Below, piece by piece: positions 58,274-61,824 of a stretch of DNA of 61,824 nt. The notes beneath the pieces are model-generated. The model was not told the origin of the DNA, searched no databases, and saw only the letters and a program-made list of their open reading frames with translations. The translations under genes were made by a program, and so were the position numbers. Position 1 is the first letter of the stretch; every line of letters begins with the position of its first letter. This DNA comes from a virus (Duplodnaviria; Heunggongvirae; Uroviricota; Caudoviricetes). The stretch lies in the IMG/VR virus record IMGVR_UViG_3300046318_000589. One strand, given 5' to 3'.

Positions 58274-60817
58274 TTATGCAAATGATTTAATTTTCGTTGT
58301 GTTTATTTGCATAACTTCTAAAATTTTTTCACAAGGATTCTTAAAAAATTTTGCAACCTGTTGACCTAAATCTATATGATTTTCCAAACCAAATTCAGTG
58401 GGAATCCCATCATCAGTTGGTACTGCAATACACGTTTGCGAAATTTTATATCCTTTATTATTTACTGTATAAAGACCACTATTAGGAAGTAATTTCAACA
58501 ATACACAATTATCCCCCTCCCTAATCAAATTATATTTATCTTCTAGCCCAAAGAGTTTTACATAATGGTTGTAGATCAGACTACCTTTAGTTACTTCAGG
58601 TGTTCTTGAAATATATATATTTTTATCACACTTATACTTGGAAAGGTTATTCGCTTTTACTGGCTTCCCCATCTCCAATATATTTTGTGTAAGATATTCC
58701 CTTTCTACATCTTTAATATACCCTCTTAATGTATCACCCCGACCATCAATCAAACATAACTTATAAAATTCCATAAATTTTTCTTGGAAAAATTCAGACG
58801 TGGACGATTTAATACCTTCAACCCCCTTAATTTTAAATTTAGGATTGTCTTTATCCATATAATATTTTCCGTCATCATATACGACATGACCTAAATATCT
58901 TTTCTTCTGTAGGAATATTGATTTTTTACTGATACCCTCTAATTGTAATACAAGAGATTTTTCATAAAAGTTAAATTGGCTTTGTACTTCATCTAAACAT
59001 TTTTCAATGGCAGGAACTAAATGAACTCTATAAACACCCAATATATGTTCTAATATTTCTTCGTCCGATTTGTCTTTTAAGAACTTATTAACATAATATT
59101 CAAATGATATAGCACATGAATCGGTATCCCCCATAACAATAAAATCTTCCACATCTTGTATGTCAGAAAAATTATCCAATTCATAGTCAAAATATGTAAA
59201 ATCTTTAGTATCACATAAAATGTTCATAATACCGTTTAAATTGGCACTTATAGCCTTAATTGCGTATTGACCCATAGCAGTAATAGCTCGTGCAATATCA
59301 GCCTTAAAGAACGTAAAAAACGTGTTTGAACACGAACCATAAATGGCGTTTACGTTAATTTTTTCAAGATATTGTAAAGTTTCATACTCTTTTCTTTTAA
59401 CTTCATCATCAAAATGTTGCTTCATTAATTTTTGGTATTCTTTTCGTTTTATAAACATTTCTTTAACAGTTTCAGCCAAAACTCCTCTTTCTTTCCTTGA
59501 AAAATATATTCCTTCTAAGGGTGTTGTAACACAGTTAGGTTCGTATATGTTTGACAATGTTTCAGGGGACATATTCATGCCAATCATTATATTGGGATAA
59601 AGCGACTTAAAGTCGAAAGTAACATTCCAATACCTAGCACCAATAATAGAATCCCTTACATAACCCCCCTCATATTGTATTTTTTCGTGTTGTATTTTGG
59701 GGGGTGTTATTAATCCTTTATCCATATATTTATTATATAGGATTGTTTCCCATTGTTTTGTTGTCCCTAACGTATCAACGAGATTACATTTATTCGTGAG
59801 AGCAGATGATAGTACCTTAGCAGTTAATCCCCTTTTATCATCAATTAATTTTAAAAGATAGGTATCCTTTATGTTGTAATCAATATATCTTTGATAATCA
59901 TCCCAATACAAATCCATAAGATTTCTTGATGTACCATAATCAAGTTTTTTCTCGTTTAAATCTCTCTTTGCTATGTTGTTTAACGCCATGGAAAAACTAC
60001 AATTTTCGCCTGAGAACTTTCTATATACATCTATCATGTCTAAGTGGGGTATTCCCGTAATATTATATTTTAGATAAGATTCGTTCTTACCAAACATTCT
60101 TCGCATGGCATTTGTAGCATAAACATTACCGAAAGGACTTAACTTTGAAACAAATTCCTTGCCACCAATTTGCATCATGCGATTGTGTATATAGGGTATA
60201 TCAAATGAACTACTATTCCACCCATAAAGTACATCAGGTCTGGTATGTTCATTTGTTAAGTATTGTGCAAACAAGAATAATAAAGCGTGTTCGTTTTTAC
60301 ATTGAATATAATCAATATTTATATGGGGGAATAATGTTTTACTTTTATCATAATCACCAAACCCCCATACAGTCATTTTGTTATGTAGGGTGGAATAAAC
60401 AGCAATAGATACTATTGGTATTGGTGCTATATGTGCTTCGGGAAACCCCACATAACGATCGCTTTTATCGAGAGAAGAAACTTCTATATCGAAATATACA
60501 GTGTTTATTTGATTGATGTCCCCCTGAGAAGTATTGGAGAAAAATTCCCTAATAAACTGATATTGCGGACTTATATTTCCATAAATTTGAAGACCCGAAT
60601 CAGCATGAGATTTTTTGAATTTATTGTATTCGATTAAATTATCAAATTTATGCTCCTGTAATCTTTCATTGTATAAAGAAAGATAAGTTCCTGATTGTGA
60701 AATTGTGAAAAGTGTTGGTGAAAATTTAGCAGTTTTCATATCACGCTTGCCATTATTGATGTAACTGACAATAATTTTATCTCTCGAACATTCTACGTTG
60801 GTATAAAAAAAACTCAT
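58274..60817 (-). CDS. gp43: family B DNA polymerase (T4 gp43-like)
   Basis: Exo FDIEV, GWNSSSFDIPY, YNIKD; pol FDFKSLYP, KINVNAIYG, GDTDS, KKRY; start moved to MSFFYTNV. Confidence 0.95.
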   Translation of the reverse strand: MSFFYTNVECSRDKIIVSYINNGKRDMKTAKFSPTLFTISQSGTYLSLYNERLQEHKFDNLIEYNKFKKSHADSGLQIYGNISPQYQFIREFFSNTSQGDINQINTVYFDIEVSSLDKSDRYVGFPEAHIAPIPIVSIAVYSTLHNKMTVWGFGDYDKSKTLFPHINIDYIQCKNEHALLFLFAQYLTNEHTRPDVLYGWNSSSFDIPYIHNRMMQIGGKEFVSKLSPFGNVYATNAMRRMFGKNESYLKYNITGIPHLDMIDVYRKFSGENCSFSMALNNIAKRDLNEKKLDYGTSRNLMDLYWDDYQRYIDYNIKDTYLLKLIDDKRGLTAKVLSSALTNKCNLVDTLGTTKQWETILYNKYMDKGLITPPKIQHEKIQYEGGYVRDSIIGARYWNVTFDFKSLYPNIMIGMNMSPETLSNIYEPNCVTTPLEGIYFSRKERGVLAETVKEMFIKRKEYQKLMKQHFDDEVKRKEYETLQYLEKINVNAIYGSCSNTFFTFFKADIARAITAMGQYAIKAISANLNGIMNILCDTKDFTYFDYELDNFSDIQDVEDFIVMGDTDSCAISFEYYVNKFLKDKSDEEILEHILGVYRVHLVPAIEKCLDEVQSQFNFYEKSLVLQLEGISKKSIFLQKKRYLGHVVYDDGKYYMDKDNPKFKIKGVEGIKSSTSEFFQEKFMEFYKLCLIDGRGDTLRGYIKDVEREYLTQNILEMGKPVKANNLSKYKCDKNIYISRTPEVTKGSLIYNHYVKLFGLEDKYNLIREGDNCVLLKLLPNSGLYTVNNKGYKISQTCIAVPTDDGIPTEFGLENHIDLGQQVAKFFKNPCEKILEVMQINTTKIKSFA

Positions 60818-60889
60818 AACTAATCCAATTAAAAACCTAATTATATATACATATATAGCATATAATAATAAAGAAAACAAGGATAATTT

Positions 60890-61824
60890 GTGGACGAATA
60901 CGAAGATAAAAAATCACCAACTAGAAAAGAGCTTTTAGACAAAAAAAATGCCACAACGCTTCGTTTACAAAAACAAATGCAGGATTTTCGACTAAATCAA
61001 TCGATAATTAAAAAATTAAATAAAGAAGATGCCAAAACATTATCCTTCAAGAAACAAACAAACGTGGCTAATAAAAAAAAATTATCTCTCGAAAAACAAA
61101 TGAATGATGCCATAAAAACTGAAATAAATAATAAAAACCAAGCCAATACTATTACTAGAGAGGGTAATAAAATCAATCAAGAGTTAAATAAAAAAACAAA
61201 AAAAAATTCAACACAGGTTAATAATGCAGAAAAAAAGCAATTATCACAAATCGAAAGAGCATTAAATTCAAGAGCTAAGAGTTCCACCACAAGTTATATT
61301 AAAAAATTATCCAATACAATGTCAAAGAAGCAACTGGAATCACTTTATAATAGTGAAACAGATGTTATTAAAAGGGCGGAATTATTTAAAAAACAATATG
61401 ATAGTTTGCCAAAACAAACAAAAACAGCGATAGCATCAAATAAACCTGTATTATCTGCAACACAAAAACAATCACAATCCTTAAATAATAGTAACATTAA
61501 TAAATTTACTCGGAAACTACTAGATAAAGGACAGTCTGCTCAATCCATTCAAAATATTATCAATAGTGATCCAAACAATGCAGGGGAAGCCCTTAAAAAT
61601 TGGTATAATAGTCTTACTACAAAACCACCCAAAGCACCTCCCCAACCAAAAACAGTACAATCAGCATCACAGATAGCTCAAAATAAAAATAATAAAAGCG
61701 ACATTAGAAGTTATAGTGCTAAATTATTAAAGCTTGGTGTTTCCCCCGATAATATTGATAACATAGAACAAAAATATGGGGATATGGCAGGACAAAAGCT
61801 TAAAGATATATATGAAAGCATAAC
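60890..61824 (+). CDS. partial K/N/Q-rich coiled-coil late protein (tape-measure/gp29-like?), runs off the window
   Basis: Hand translation from GTG 60890 is open to the end (311 codons); AAGGA RBS; CTAATTA at 60837-60843. Confidence 0.6.
   Translation, partial: MDEYEDKKSPTRKELLDKKNATTLRLQKQMQDFRLNQSIIKKLNKEDAKTLSFKKQTNVANKKKLSLEKQMNDAIKTEINNKNQANTITREGNKINQELNKKTKKNSTQVNNAEKKQLSQIERALNSRAKSSTTSYIKKLSNTMSKKQLESLYNSETDVIKRAELFKKQYDSLPKQTKTAIASNKPVLSATQKQSQSLNNSNINKFTRKLLDKGQSAQSIQNIINSDPNNAGEALKNWYNSLTTKPPKAPPQPKTVQSASQIAQNKNNKSDIRSYSAKLLKLGVSPDNIDNIEQKYGDMAGQKLKDIYESI

Noticed and set aside
189-60637. Many short opposite-strand ORFs in the track (e.g. 189-443, 943-1173, 29925-30137, 38330-38548, 42010-42252, 59343-59600)
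   Set aside because: Antisense shadows of real genes, without RBS and with low-complexity translations mirroring the sense strand
30605-60817. Introns or inteins in terL, gp23 or gp43
   Set aside because: Lengths and motif spacing are normal, with no intein-like C...HN insertions or reading-frame breaks
1-61824. CRISPR array, DGR/retron reverse transcriptase, invertase or integrase
   Set aside because: No regularly spaced repeat-spacer array and no RT, recombinase or Cas motifs were seen in any ORF
1-61824. Stop-codon reassignment
   Set aside because: Core genes (terL, portal, gp23, gp18, gp43) are full length under table 11; the only tRNA is Ser(GCT), not a suppressor
1-61824. Impression that CCGG/GGCC/GCGC palindromes are scarce (restriction-site avoidance)
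   Set aside because: Low GC alone predicts scarcity; needs a Markov-corrected k-mer count, which I cannot run

Overview
This is a strongly AT-rich segment of a large lytic myovirus with a divergent T4-like core. GC content was judged by eye, not computed. The code is standard table 11 and the host is probably Gram-negative. Layout: (i) 1-11.5 kb is a minus-strand block of short early genes with its own promoter box, including a DnaN-like clamp, a DUF4942-type methyltransferase and acidic DNA-mimic candidates. (ii) 10.2-11.9 kb is largely non-coding and is followed by about 2 kb of inverted G/C skew. (iii) 12-29 kb is a minus-strand accessory block with Dam and C5 methyltransferases, an RlaP-like nucleotidyltransferase, an Rnl2 RNA ligase, a multi-hairpin element and one lone plus-strand gene. 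(iv) 29-50.4 kb is a plus-strand virion module: terS, antisense homing endonuclease, terL, gp25, gp7-like, holin, fibres/tailspike, portal, gp67-like, gp21, gp22, gp23, gp4, gp48, gp53, hub, sheath and tube. (v) 50.4-60.8 kb is a minus-strand block with tRNA-Ser, HicB-like and XRE genes, a peptidoglycan hydrolase, DHFR, a phosphoesterase, a 2OG-Fe(II)-like protein, a MazG-like protein, a second Dam and a family B DNA polymerase. A divergent, truncated coiled-coil gene closes the window. The strongest hidden signal is regulatory, with three promoter classes. One is a non-T4 late motif, CTAATTA, which sits exactly 4 nt before the ATG of five packaging/assembly genes that lack Shine-Dalgarno sequences, suggesting leaderless late mRNAs. 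Another is a TTAATCTT-N7-TAnnnT box confined to the first 11.5 kb. All homology calls come from motif recognition by eye; no database searches were run.
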